From: Patescibacteria group bacterium | GTDB lineage: Bacteria; Patescibacteriota; Patescibacteriia; PEXW01 | Length of the DNA: 64,000 nucleotides | Assembly: GCA_041665345.1 (NCBI GenBank) | Contig: JBAYJA010000002.1 | Coordinates: forward strand, 97,252-161,251 | Direction of reading: 5' to 3' | Shown here: positions 28,768 through 37,785 of the stretch, piece after piece | How positions within the stretch are numbered: position 1 is the stretch's first letter | How the letters are laid out: each line of letters begins with the position of its first letter | Notes under the pieces: model-generated | What the model saw: the letters and a program-made list of their open reading frames with translations, nothing else | Databases searched by the model: none | Told to the model about the DNA's origin: nothing | Made by a program: the position numbers and the translations under genes

Positions 28768-28905
28768 AGAAAATTGGATGAAGCTTAGGAGCATGGAAAA
28801 CTACAAAAGCGTATTATTTAGGAATCGTTAGCAGATAAGGCGATTTTGTAATTTTCTTCCTCCGCCCCGCCCGCTGCGTGGGAGAAATAATGCTAGAATA
28901 GAAGC

Positions 28906-29379
28906 ATGCATAAAGACTTAAGTAAGCTTTCACGGGATATTATTGAGAGCAACCAGTATATGGTGGTTGGGACTGTTGATGCAGCCGGAAAGCCTTGGGT
29001 GTCCCCGGTGGTGTATGCATACGATAAGGAGTGGAATTTTTACTTTGTGAGTATTCCATCTTCGCGGCACGGAAAGAATATTGGCAAACAGGGGAAAGTA
29101 GCCGTTGCCATTTATGATTCACGTCAGCGTTCAGGAGAAGGGGTTGGTGTCCAACTTGATGCCGTTGCAGAGATGTTGCCACTCTCGGAGAGTGTGTCTG
29201 CAGCTAGAGTGTACTTCACCCGAAAATATCCGTACGGGAAAATTCGGCAGGTTTTCTTAATAGCGTTTAAACGGCTCATAGAACGGAAGTTGTATCGATT
29301 TTACAAAGTCACACCAAAGAAGGTGTACTTGAATGACCCAAACGCAGACACTGATGTCCGTGTGGAAGTGAAGTTATAA
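28906..29379 (+). CDS. Pyridoxamine 5'-phosphate oxidase-like FMN-binding protein
   Basis: YMVVGTVD..GKPWVSPVVY, SRHGKNI, VAVAIYDS. Confidence 0.85.
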   Translation: MHKDLSKLSRDIIESNQYMVVGTVDAAGKPWVSPVVYAYDKEWNFYFVSIPSSRHGKNIGKQGKVAVAIYDSRQRSGEGVGVQLDAVAEMLPLSESVSAARVYFTRKYPYGKIRQVFLIAFKRLIERKLYRFYKVTPKKVYLNDPNADTDVRVEVKL

Positions 29380-29464
29380 AAATTCCTGAGGGTAGGTAAT
29401 GTGAAGCATTTTTTTCGCCCCGCCCCGCCCGCTGCGTGGGGAGAAAGTTTGGTATACTTGAAAT

Positions 29465-29974
29465 ATGAAAACTATCCTTACTCTTCGGCAGAAAGACGTT
29501 TACCCACGTTCTAAGGTAAAGAAGATAACGTACCATACTCGTACAGCTGCCCGCGCTATACTTTTTGATAGTCAAAACCGTATTGCCCTGGAATACGTGA
29601 GTTTACGGAACTACTACAAGTTGCCTGGCGGTGGGGTGGAAAAGGGTGAAAGTATTTTGCTTGGCCTACGTCGTGAATGTATGGAGGAAGCGGGGTGTGC
29701 CATCAAACCCGGGAAAGCCATTGGGAAAATTGTGGAGTATCGTGACCTATACAAGATTCACCAAGTTTCGTACTGCTACTTTGCAAAGGTGGTTGGGAAG
29801 AAAGGGAAGACCGCGTTCACCGGGAGTGAGAAGACAAACAAGTTTAAATTGTTATGGGTGCCGCTGGGAAAGGCAATTGCTCTCTCACGCAAAGCCAAAC
29901 CCTCGACGTACGAAAGTGGGTTTATCATCAAACGAGATTTGCAGTTCTTAGAAACGGCGAAGAGTTTGTTGTAA
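29465..29974 (+). CDS. NUDIX hydrolase
   Basis: LPGGGVEKGE....GLRRECMEEAG Nudix box. Confidence 0.9.
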   Translation: MKTILTLRQKDVYPRSKVKKITYHTRTAARAILFDSQNRIALEYVSLRNYYKLPGGGVEKGESILLGLRRECMEEAGCAIKPGKAIGKIVEYRDLYKIHQVSYCYFAKVVGKKGKTAFTGSEKTNKFKLLWVPLGKAIALSRKAKPSTYESGFIIKRDLQFLETAKSLL

Positions 29975-30115
29975 TACCCCGCCTCGCCCGCTGCGGCCCA
30001 CCTACGTCCACGACTTCGTCGGGACTCCGGCGCTACAGGTGGGTGTGGTACCATGGGGATATTAAAATCTATCTAAATTCTGGTAATACAATTCACTATT
30101 GCTTGAATTCACAAT

Positions 30116-30418
30116 ATGAAATCTAATACGATAAAAATAGAAAAGAAGAGGTATTTGCTCTGCCCTCAATGTCATACTTATACACGGATGAAGATGAGTA
30201 TGAATAATCCGTCGTGGTTTTTAAAACATTTTTTCATTGGTCGCTTTGCCTCAACCGTCATGGCTTCTGAAAGGAATAGTGATAAGTGGGGCGTTAATTG
30301 TAAAAAGTGTGGGAATAGAGAAGGTCTTGCAATGATGTTTCTCAAAACTGAAGTAGGTTCCAATAAAGTTGAACTAGCATATTACACGGAAGCTAATGAA
30401 AGAGTCAGCTTGATTTAA
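30116..30418 (+). CDS. Small Zn-ribbon hypothetical protein
   Basis: CPQC and CKKC. Confidence 0.6.
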   Translation: MKSNTIKIEKKRYLLCPQCHTYTRMKMSMNNPSWFLKHFFIGRFASTVMASERNSDKWGVNCKKCGNREGLAMMFLKTEVGSNKVELAYYTEANERVSLI

Positions 30419-30501
30419 GTACTCCCCCCGCCCCGCCCGCTGCGAGCAGGGGAGTAAGAAAAGACCCGGCCAAAGTGGTCGGGTCATGCGTGCGTTTATG
30501 T

Positions 30502-30945
30502 TTACTTGCCAAACGACACATCGAGGAGCGCGTTGTGCAGGTCCGGATTGTTACACGTGATAAAATCAATTTTGTGTAAACTGTTTGGATACTTCTGCAG
30601 GAATGTCTGCCGGCCTTCCATCATTTTAACTGCAGTCTTTTTCGCAACTGCTTTTTTCCTGAAGGTGCGTTTTCCAACATGGACAATTCTGAGTGATGCT
30701 TCCTGGAATCGGCTGGAAGAAGCTGCTTGGAGACAGTGAATGACAATGGTGGGAAGCTTCTCAATTTCACTGTCCGTCACAAAGGTTGCGTGCATTATTT
30801 TGTCACCGTCATTCTTCTGACGACCAATGACAATAACTGAATGCTGCATATCCAAGGATTGTTGTGCATTGAGTGTGTCATCAGTTACACGCTGAAGAAG
30901 AAACTCTGTGAGTTTCTCATCACCGAAAATAATTCCTAATTCCAT
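30502..30945 (-). CDS. Hypothetical protein with its own promoter and terminator
   Basis: GGAGG RBS; TTGACA ~31017; terminator 30457-30486. Confidence 0.7.
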   Translation of the reverse strand: MELGIIFGDEKLTEFLLQRVTDDTLNAQQSLDMQHSVIVIGRQKNDGDKIMHATFVTDSEIEKLPTIVIHCLQAASSSRFQEASLRIVHVGKRTFRKKAVAKKTAVKMMEGRQTFLQKYPNSLHKIDFITCNNPDLHNALLDVSFGK

Positions 30946-31052
30946 ATTTGTAAAGACCTCCGTTTTGTTTTATATTCTTTAATTGAATACTGTAGATCAT
31001 AACCAACTTTCTGTCAACCCGCCCCGCCCCGCCGTAGGTGTATACTTCCCCT

Positions 31053-31577
31053 ATGCCATACGATGATATAGCAAAGGTGCTGGATATACAGTTCAGTGGG
31101 AGCCCTGAGATAGTAGCCAAATTCAGGGAGCGCTTAGAAGAAGGGAAATGGACCCGTGACGAGAATCCGCAGTCGCATTTTTGCGCCTACTTTTTGCCAT
31201 ACAATCCAGAGACTAAAGAGGTGTTCATTGTGCACCACAAAAAGTCAGGACTGTGGATTGCCCCAGGTGGCCACATTGATGAGGGCGAAACACTCTTCCA
31301 GACGCTCAACCGTGAGATTGAAGAAGAGCTTGGCGTCAAGCAGTTTTTTTCTTCCAGCCAAATGCCTTTCCTGCTGACCATTACGCCAATTGAGATGCAG
31401 ACCCATCCGTGCAAAATGCATTATGATATTTGGTATCTTGTGCAGACAAATGGTAAAAATTTTCAGATTGACCCCAAGGAATTTTTGGCTACCAAGTGGT
31501 TGAGCATAGAAGCTGCCAGAAAGTACGTCACCGATCCGCCAAATCTCAAAGCTCTAGAAATGATTGAGCAATCCTAA
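31053..31577 (+). CDS. NUDIX hydrolase (leaderless start)
   Basis: HHKKSGLWIAPGGHIDEGE....TLNREIEEELG. Confidence 0.88.
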   Translation: MPYDDIAKVLDIQFSGSPEIVAKFRERLEEGKWTRDENPQSHFCAYFLPYNPETKEVFIVHHKKSGLWIAPGGHIDEGETLFQTLNREIEEELGVKQFFSSSQMPFLLTITPIEMQTHPCKMHYDIWYLVQTNGKNFQIDPKEFLATKWLSIEAARKYVTDPPNLKALEMIEQS

Positions 31578-31608
31578 CCTCGCCCCGCCCGCTGCGTGGG
31601 GGGATACG

Positions 31609-31659
31609 TAACTTTATATAGTTATGCCATTTGACAAACTTTATAAAGTTTGTTATTCT
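31609..31659 (+). promoter_or_regulatory. Promoter with palindromic operator(s) for the HTH-Fic gene
   Basis: TTGACA-17-TATTCT with ACAAACTTTATAAAGTTTGT perfect palindrome at 31634-31653; related TAACTTTATATAGTTA at 31609. Confidence 0.75.
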
Positions 31660-31667
31660 GGGTGTAT

Positions 31668-32585
31668 ATGACCATTCAGCAGAAATTACAGACCATTCAG
31701 GCCCTTACCGGCAAAACGCAGGAAACACTTGCCAAGGTGCTGGGCGTAAGCTTTCCGGCATTCAACGCCTGGTCTACCGGCAAGGCGCAGCCACGACCAA
31801 GTGCGCTCGCTCGCATTAACGCGCTGTACGTACACGTTGGCGGTAGAATGACGCCTCAGGCTTCTGGCCTGGAGGCGAAGAAGCTGACTATCCAACACCT
31901 TTCCCGCAAGCACCCAAACGTGCTGAAGAAGATTTTGGCACGCAAAGACTTGCACGATTCATTCATGTTGGCATTAACATTTCATACAAACCGTATTGAA
32001 GGTAGCACGGTGACCGAAGATGAAACTGCAGCAATTTTGTTTGACCACCAGGTCTTACGGAATCGCACTTTGGTGGAGCAGCAGGAGGTAAAAAATCACC
32101 AAGCCGCCTTAGACTATCTGCTGCACCATTTGCAGAGTGGGAAGCGTATTGATGAAGTTCTCATTTTGCGTTTGCATGGTATTTTGCTCAATGCCATTCA
32201 GACTGATGCGGGGTCATATCGTCAACATGCAGTCCGGATTGTTGGCGCAAACGTGCCTACGGCGAATTATTTGAAAGTGCCGGTGCTTATGAAGTCTTTG
32301 GCTTCTGGGTTAGAAAAGAAAGTGGCAGATAGTATTTCTGCCACTGCTGACGTCCACGCGCGCTTTGAACAGGTCCATCCTTTTGCCGATGGTAATGGAC
32401 GCATTGGGCGTTTGCTGATTACTGCAATGCTGTTGCGGGCGAACATTGCTCCCGCAATCATTGAGCAGCGTCAACGTCGCACCTACATGCGTAGTCTAAA
32501 TGTTGCCCAAACGACATCGGATAGCATCCCATTGCAGGAGTTTCTCAGTGATGCGGTATTGAAAGGGTACGCGCTACTTGTGTAG
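31668..32585 (+). CDS. XRE-type HTH-Fic fusion protein
   Basis: TQETLAKVLGVSFPAFNAW HTH; HPFADGNGRIGR Fic motif; TNRIEG inhibitory-helix-like motif. Confidence 0.9.
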   Translation: MTIQQKLQTIQALTGKTQETLAKVLGVSFPAFNAWSTGKAQPRPSALARINALYVHVGGRMTPQASGLEAKKLTIQHLSRKHPNVLKKILARKDLHDSFMLALTFHTNRIEGSTVTEDETAAILFDHQVLRNRTLVEQQEVKNHQAALDYLLHHLQSGKRIDEVLILRLHGILLNAIQTDAGSYRQHAVRIVGANVPTANYLKVPVLMKSLASGLEKKVADSISATADVHARFEQVHPFADGNGRIGRLLITAMLLRANIAPAIIEQRQRRTYMRSLNVAQTTSDSIPLQEFLSDAVLKGYALLV

Positions 32586-32730
32586 TTTCGTATAGTTTTT
32601 TTTGTAGTCAACCCCCCCCACCTACGCAATAGCTACGGTGGGCAGGCGCCCCGCCCGCTGCGTGGGGTTGCAATTATTTTTATCTTTGCCTATAGTGCGT
32701 TGATAACGCTCTTTCCATGTGGAGGTTTCC

Positions 32731-33153
32731 ATGCCTGAAGATGAGAAGCCGAGCAGCTTGCCAGGGAACGAGAGGTACATCGTTGATTTTCTCTACGTCC
32801 AGAAGGGTTGGTTCTCCTGTTTAGGACCAATTCGGAAGTATCGTCTCCTTGGTGATGTTCTGGGTTTTCGAAAGGGACAGATAGTAGATGATCAAGAATT
32901 GCAACACGCATGTGTCGCTGCTTTACAGGCACGGCCAAGAAAGGCTCCAGGACATTCTGACAGCAATGATACTGATTACGAGCTTCCCACAGTGACGTGC
33001 CCACGTTGTGGAGCAGAAGTGTATCGGCTGATTGCATGTCATTGGTGTGAAAACAGCATTTGCACGCACTGTTGCTATGAAGATGAACTGTACGGAAAGT
33101 TCTGTGATGAGAGCTGCTATAGCGGCCGTTGGAATTCTGATAATTACGATTAA
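32731..33153 (+). CDS. Cys-rich hypothetical protein (C-terminal Zn finger)
   Basis: CPRC, CHWC, CTHCC, CDESC; GGAGG RBS. Confidence 0.65.
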   Translation: MPEDEKPSSLPGNERYIVDFLYVQKGWFSCLGPIRKYRLLGDVLGFRKGQIVDDQELQHACVAALQARPRKAPGHSDSNDTDYELPTVTCPRCGAEVYRLIACHWCENSICTHCCYEDELYGKFCDESCYSGRWNSDNYD

Positions 33154-33271
33154 AGACTAGGCAATGCTTAGTCTTTTTTTCTTTAAATTTTTCAAGAAAC
33201 TGACATACCTTGGCACGGGGAAATAAGAAAAGACCCATCTGGTGAAGATGGGCTTTTCAAAGGGCATCCAA

Positions 33272-33658
33272 TTACACCCTCGATCTTTTCAATTGGTATA
33301 ATTTTAGGGCAAAATGCAGGAGGGCGGTTCCAAGATACGCAGTCAATACCCATTTTGTTGCATCTGATATTCCCCAGATAAGGATGTGAGTGAACGTCAC
33401 GGCAAGGGCAAGGTTCATGAGTGTGCAGGTTGCAAACGGTAGTGCGGCAAATGTTCTGGTTGTAAAGTAACGCGTTTGACGCAGCTCTCTCACGGCGAAT
33501 CCGAGCATGAACCCAGACACGATGAGGAAGAAACAAGCCACTGCGAGCATTGCCCAATGGTCTTGCATGGGCGGAGTAAAGTATCGCTTGCACCCCAGAA
33601 CCCCGGCGAGCCCAGCAGCAATGGAAAAAAGAAAGAAAATACGAGTCGAGTCTTTCAA
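33272..33658 (-). CDS. 4-TM membrane protein
   Basis: GGAGG RBS with TTG start; own TTGACA promoter (~33725) and terminator (33225-33258). Confidence 0.7.
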   Translation of the reverse strand: MKDSTRIFFLFSIAAGLAGVLGCKRYFTPPMQDHWAMLAVACFFLIVSGFMLGFAVRELRQTRYFTTRTFAALPFATCTLMNLALAVTFTHILIWGISDATKWVLTAYLGTALLHFALKLYQLKRSRV

Positions 33659-33804
33659 TTGGTAACCTCCAATGTAAAAATTTTTATGTTCCCAATAACC
33701 TATATCGTTAGAGTTGTTTTGTCAACCCCCGCCAGCTGTGATTCGGGATAAGAAAAGACCCATCTGGTGAGGATGGGCTTTTCAAAGAGAGTGTTGTGTT
33801 TGGG

Positions 33805-34385
33805 TTAAACCTTGGGTTGCGGATTGGCCTTGAGCGCTTTTTCCTTTGCTTGAAACGCAGCGAGTGCTCCTTCACCACCTTTTTTCGTGATAGCGTCGTG
33901 CAAGTGCTGAGTTGTCCAATCACCGTAGGTGACCATTCCGCAGATGTGATTCATCCGGAGGTGGTAGAGCGCACCTGGGAAAACCCCGCAGGGAATATCA
34001 TTCAGACGGATGAATTCATCTACACCCTCGCTCATCGGACAAGCCGAGCAGATGAGCTTGTCGTAGAGATCCTGGTAGAACACGCGTTTGCATTTGTCAT
34101 ACCAGTCAAAGTAGTAGGTCTTCCCTTCAGGTGCCGGCGGACGTTCTTGGCCATTTTCTACTTTTGGCATCTGGGTGGGCAGGATGACATTGAATTTTTC
34201 CGCGACTTCCAGCGCGAGTTTCATGGAGAGCTCGTCGGCTTCACATACCTGGCCATGATGCTTCCGTCTTTGTCCTCGATACGCCCATGACTCATGTCAT
34301 GCCGTGTATGCCAGGAAAAACCACCCAGCGACTCTATTGCTTGCCAGTACTCCAGCTCTGTTTCGGGCTGTTTTTCAAGCTTCAT
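33805..34385 (-). pseudogene. Hypothetical gene with an apparent 1-nt frameshift near 34250
   Basis: AAGGAGG-ATG at 34385 gives MKLEKQPETELEYWQ...; the frame shifts into ORF 33805-34224; total span of 581 nt is 1 short of a codon multiple. Confidence 0.55.
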
Positions 34386-34512
34386 TGTATCCTCCTTAGT
34401 TATTTCAAGTTTCTATTTCGTAGTAGTTTTTCAGATAATGTAATAACTGTCAACCCCCCACCTACGCAGCAGCTATGGTGGGCAGGCGCCCCGCCCGCTG
34501 TAGCGTCCCTTC

Positions 34513-34675
34513 TGTCATTGCGAGCTCCAGCAGGAGCGTGGCAATCCCGATGAACTTCGGAACCAGGCTTGTACAATAGCCTGGCTCTTGATACAACGGG
34601 ATTGCCCGCCTGCATCGCCTCTGCGATTTCGGCGGGCAGGCCGCGTCACTCGATGACTCGTTCCTCGCAATGACA
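34513..34675. repeat. TGTCATTGCGAG..CTCGCAATGACA REP doublet abutting the GIY-YIG gene (related copies 43820-43860, 50809-50846, 61425-61539)
   Basis: Inverted pair with GTGGCAATC/GATTGCC inner ends. Confidence 0.85.
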
Positions 34676-34987
34676 AATGAAAACGTGCAAGAACGGTATT
34701 ACTATGTCTACATCATGACCAACGAGCGCAACACGACGCTCTACACTGGCGTGACCAATGATTTGCCCCGGCGGGTCATGGAGCATAAGGAGAAGACATT
34801 TCCCAAAAGCTTCAGTGCCAAGTACAACCTGACCAAGCTGGTGTACTACGAAGCTGGTGAAGATATCAGCGGCGCCATTGAACGGGAGAAGCAAATAAAA
34901 TCCTGGTCGCGAAAGAAGAAGGAGGAAGTCATCACCAGCGTCAATCCCACGTGGAAGGATTTGACTGCAGAGCTACTTGAGGGATAA
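34670..34987 (+). CDS. Small GIY-YIG nuclease (YhbQ/UPF0213-like)
   Basis: YYVYIMTN...TLYTGVTNDL.RRV.EHK, FSAKYNLTKLVYYE, AIEREKQIKSWSRKKK. Confidence 0.92.
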   Translation: MTNENVQERYYYVYIMTNERNTTLYTGVTNDLPRRVMEHKEKTFPKSFSAKYNLTKLVYYEAGEDISGAIEREKQIKSWSRKKKEEVITSVNPTWKDLTAELLEG

Positions 34988-35271
34988 GGAAAGACCAAGA
35001 AACTGGGGGACTTTTACGGTCCCCATGCGTTTACATTTCTTGTAATAAAAAACACCCGGCTAGGAAAACCTTTAAGGAGGTTCTCAGAGCCGGGGTGGCA
35101 CGACAGGAGTCGCGGAAGTCAAAAGAACGATAGTTCTCATTTACTATTGTATCAGCTTCGTGGAAATATGCAAATCGGATGATTTTTGGGTAGCTGCTAA
35201 ATTGCTTTGATTAACGGAGGTAATAGTTTTGTAAATAAAAGACCGGGTTTCACGAATGAAACCCGGGGTGA

Positions 35272-35441
35272 TACTGCTCTTGCAATCCAGCCAGAACCAA
35301 CTAGTGAATGGGAATGATGCTCAAGTGAACCTGAGTCTCGCTACCTCACCAAGGTGAGGGTCTCGGCAAAAACTTCTCAACGGTTCAGGGATACAAAACC
35401 CCATTCAAATGCGGAAACTATTACTGGTGAAAGGAGCAGCA
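35272..35441 (-). ncRNA. 6S RNA-like long rod with central bubble
   Basis: Promoter TTGACA-17-TAGTCT (35462-35490); helices UGCUGCUC/GAGCAGUA, ACCAG/CUGG, UGAAUGGGG/UCCCAUUCA, UGAACC/GGUUCA, CCUCAC/GUGAGG; terminator 35233-35268. Confidence 0.5.
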
Positions 35442-35486
35442 TTAAATATTTTGATAAACCGAGACTAACTTACTCCTGGGCAACTG

Positions 35487-35837
35487 TCAAGGTGCAAGCT
35501 TGTCGGTCAGGACAGGCGGATATAGAGGTTGGGATATTGCCCCGCTTTCAACTTCCGCAAGTATCACGGTATACCCCAGTGCTTGCAGGGCGAGCAAGAA
35601 CGCAGTTACCTTCCGTGGCGGTTTATTGCTAATCATTTGCGCAAGTAAACGGAAGGCGGTTCGTTTTGACATTTTGCCACGTACTTGCAGTTCGTTGGCA
35701 ATATCCGCAACCGCGCCAAACTTTTGAGCTCTTTTATTGTCGATGACTGTCCTGAACTGCTGCAGGAGCTCTGGCAGGGGCTGCGTTAAATCAAGCGGTT
35801 GCAATACCGTGGGTTGGACAATTTGTGTTTCTTCCAT
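35487..35837 (-). CDS. Hypothetical protein, possible HTH DNA-binding
   Basis: GGAG RBS; TTGACA promoter ~35894; helical C-terminus ending LQALG. Confidence 0.6.
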   Translation of the reverse strand: MEETQIVQPTVLQPLDLTQPLPELLQQFRTVIDNKRAQKFGAVADIANELQVRGKMSKRTAFRLLAQMISNKPPRKVTAFLLALQALGYTVILAEVESGAISQPLYPPVLTDKLAP

Positions 35838-35980
35838 TTTTCTCTCCAGGTGAACAATTTTCCTCTAGTGTAGGCTTGGTGTGAAGATTGTCAAGCTTCC
35901 GTGTGGCAAATATTCACTTGACGAAGTTGCACGAACGTTCTACAGTGGTGGGAAAATAAGCACTTTAAAAATTGGAGGAA

Positions 35981-36514
35981 ATGTATATGTTCTCAGAAAG
36001 TATTCCTGATGAGGAGCGTCAGCGATTACAAGAAATTCCAAAATTCTTCATTATAACTGCGCTCATTGGGGCAGCGCTGACGGCTTACGCATTGCATCAT
36101 TTCCCCGCAATACTTCAAGCTTCACTCCTAGATCGTTTGCTCATGCTGTGCCTCCTAAGTTCATCGACGCTATTTGTCAGTGCCAATGGATGTTTGGTTG
36201 AGTATAGACGAACTCTTATACATTTAGCCATTTTCGTTGGTGTGAATCTCTCAGTGTATTTTGGATGCCGTGCATACTTTATTTCCCCGGAGGAATTGAG
36301 CACCTTCTTTGTCCTCCTGTACTCAGGAATTGCAATTGTACTGGCAAGTTTACTCACGCAATCAAGCGTCATGCGGATCACGACGAGAGACGGTTCATAC
36401 GCCAAAATGTTCAAGCAGCATATCATGCCACGGGTGCGAAGATTACTGTTTCGTTCCTTTATGATGGCGGTTGGACTTCAGATTGCGGTTTACCTATACT
36501 TTGCAATTTTGTAA
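35981..36514 (+). CDS. Multi-pass membrane protein
   Basis: About 5 TM helices; GGAGG RBS; TTGACG..TACAGT promoter. Confidence 0.7.
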   Translation: MYMFSESIPDEERQRLQEIPKFFIITALIGAALTAYALHHFPAILQASLLDRLLMLCLLSSSTLFVSANGCLVEYRRTLIHLAIFVGVNLSVYFGCRAYFISPEELSTFFVLLYSGIAIVLASLLTQSSVMRITTRDGSYAKMFKQHIMPRVRRLLFRSFMMAVGLQIAVYLYFAIL

Positions 36515-36620
36515 ACAAACGAGAGTAGTCGTCCTCAAGTTTTTTGTTTGACATTGGCAGCAGATATGCTAAAAAACGAATATAACCAAAAACCACAAAA
36601 GATGAGAAAGGAGATGAAAG

Positions 36621-37025
36621 ATGAGAAGATCATTACTCACGGATCCAGGCAATTGGTGGCACGATGATTACCAACGGTACCCAATTCTGGCGTATGCTGC
36701 TCTCTGCCTGCTGATTCTCTGGCTAAAACTCAGTAACGCATTCCCCATGAGTTGGGAACAGGGGCTACTACCCCTCATTGCTGTGGGTATAGTGACCATC
36801 CTCTACTACATTGGCAAGGGGTTGAATCACACTATCCCAGACGCGGTGCTGTGCCTAGGTATGCGCTGGCGTCAACTGGCGCCCGGAAATACCATGATCA
36901 CACAATCGGCCAATGGGCTACGGGTTGCACTCACAAACCTTAGTTGGTCGGTAACGCCCTTCAAGGCATACGGTCAGAAAATGACCGAAAGTCGCAGTCG
37001 GCAAGGTTTCTGGTTAAAACCATAG
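36621..37025 (+). CDS. Hypothetical membrane protein
   Basis: AAGGAG RBS; 2 TM helices. Confidence 0.55.
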   Translation: MRRSLLTDPGNWWHDDYQRYPILAYAALCLLILWLKLSNAFPMSWEQGLLPLIAVGIVTILYYIGKGLNHTIPDAVLCLGMRWRQLAPGNTMITQSANGLRVALTNLSWSVTPFKAYGQKMTESRSRQGFWLKP

Positions 37026-37108
37026 TACGTATTTTTTTTGAGGCTGTCGCACGACGGCCTCTTTTCTATTATACTCATTCCATCTATCCACCAACTATTT
37101 TCTCATAT

Positions 37109-37381
37109 ATGCAACTCAAAGATTTTATTACCTACACGCTCACCAGCATTGCCCAAGGCGTGGATGAGGCAAATAAGTACACGGGTCAGCAGTTCCAAAT
37201 TGTGCGGACGGGCAAAGAATCCTACGTGGATTTTGACGTGGCCGTCACCTCCACCAAAGAGAAGAAGGGGAAAGCGGGGATTGTGGTGTGGGTGGTGGGT
37301 GCCGGCGGTGAACGAAACCGCAAGACCCAACAGGTGAGTAGGATTAAGTTCAAGGTGAATTATCGGGGGAAGAAGCTGTAA
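37109..37381 (+). CDS. Trypco2 (trypsin-co-occurring)-like small protein
   Basis: MQLKDFI..TL..IAQGV..A, VDFDVAVT, GKAGIVV....AGG, VSRIKFKV. Confidence 0.6.
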   Translation: MQLKDFITYTLTSIAQGVDEANKYTGQQFQIVRTGKESYVDFDVAVTSTKEKKGKAGIVVWVVGAGGERNRKTQQVSRIKFKVNYRGKKL

Positions 37382-37535
37382 AGGCGTAGAGAATTTTTAC
37401 AAACCAGAGCGCCCTCTCCAGGGCGCGATGCATGTTTTTGGTGCACGGTATCGGTTGTGTGTTATATGTTGTTTGTTGGTTGTTGATAAAAAAGACCCAC
37501 CTGGTTTGGGTGGGTCTGGCCTGCTTTACGTTATA

Positions 37536-37781
37536 CTACCTTACACAAAGCCAATAGTTCACCGCATCGTATGATGGCCGCCGTAGGAGGAGAGTGGTCT
37601 GCTGTCCCTTTTTGATAAAGGTGTCTGGACCGCTGTCACGGACATCGATGGTCATTTTCAGGACCTCAGCATGGGTGAATTGTCGCGTTGGATCATCCAC
37701 GCAGTGCAAGTGCATCGTGTTTACGCGAATTTCAATTGCTTGAATAGTACTTGATAAGAAAAGGACTTCATTTGTGGACAC
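37536..37781 (-). CDS. Small hypothetical protein (terminator-promoter module)
   Basis: AGGAGG RBS with GTG start; own TTGACG-17-TACACT promoter. Confidence 0.65.
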   Translation of the reverse strand: MSTNEVLFLSSTIQAIEIRVNTMHLHCVDDPTRQFTHAEVLKMTIDVRDSGPDTFIKKGQQTTLLLRRPSYDAVNYWLCVR

Positions 37782-37785
37782 AGTA

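Larger units (their letters stand above)
28863..34501 (+). repeat. Dispersed 20-bp direct repeat CGCCCCGCCCGCTGCGTGGG between single genes (28863, 29421, 29980, 30429, 31020, 31581, 32647, degenerate 33727, 34487)
   Basis: Exact copies at 28863, 29421, 31581 and 32647; partial copies elsewhere; all in the same orientation. Confidence 0.9.

Noticed and set aside
28863-34501. CRISPR array
   Set aside because: Spacing is 450-1100 bp and contains whole genes; no cas genes
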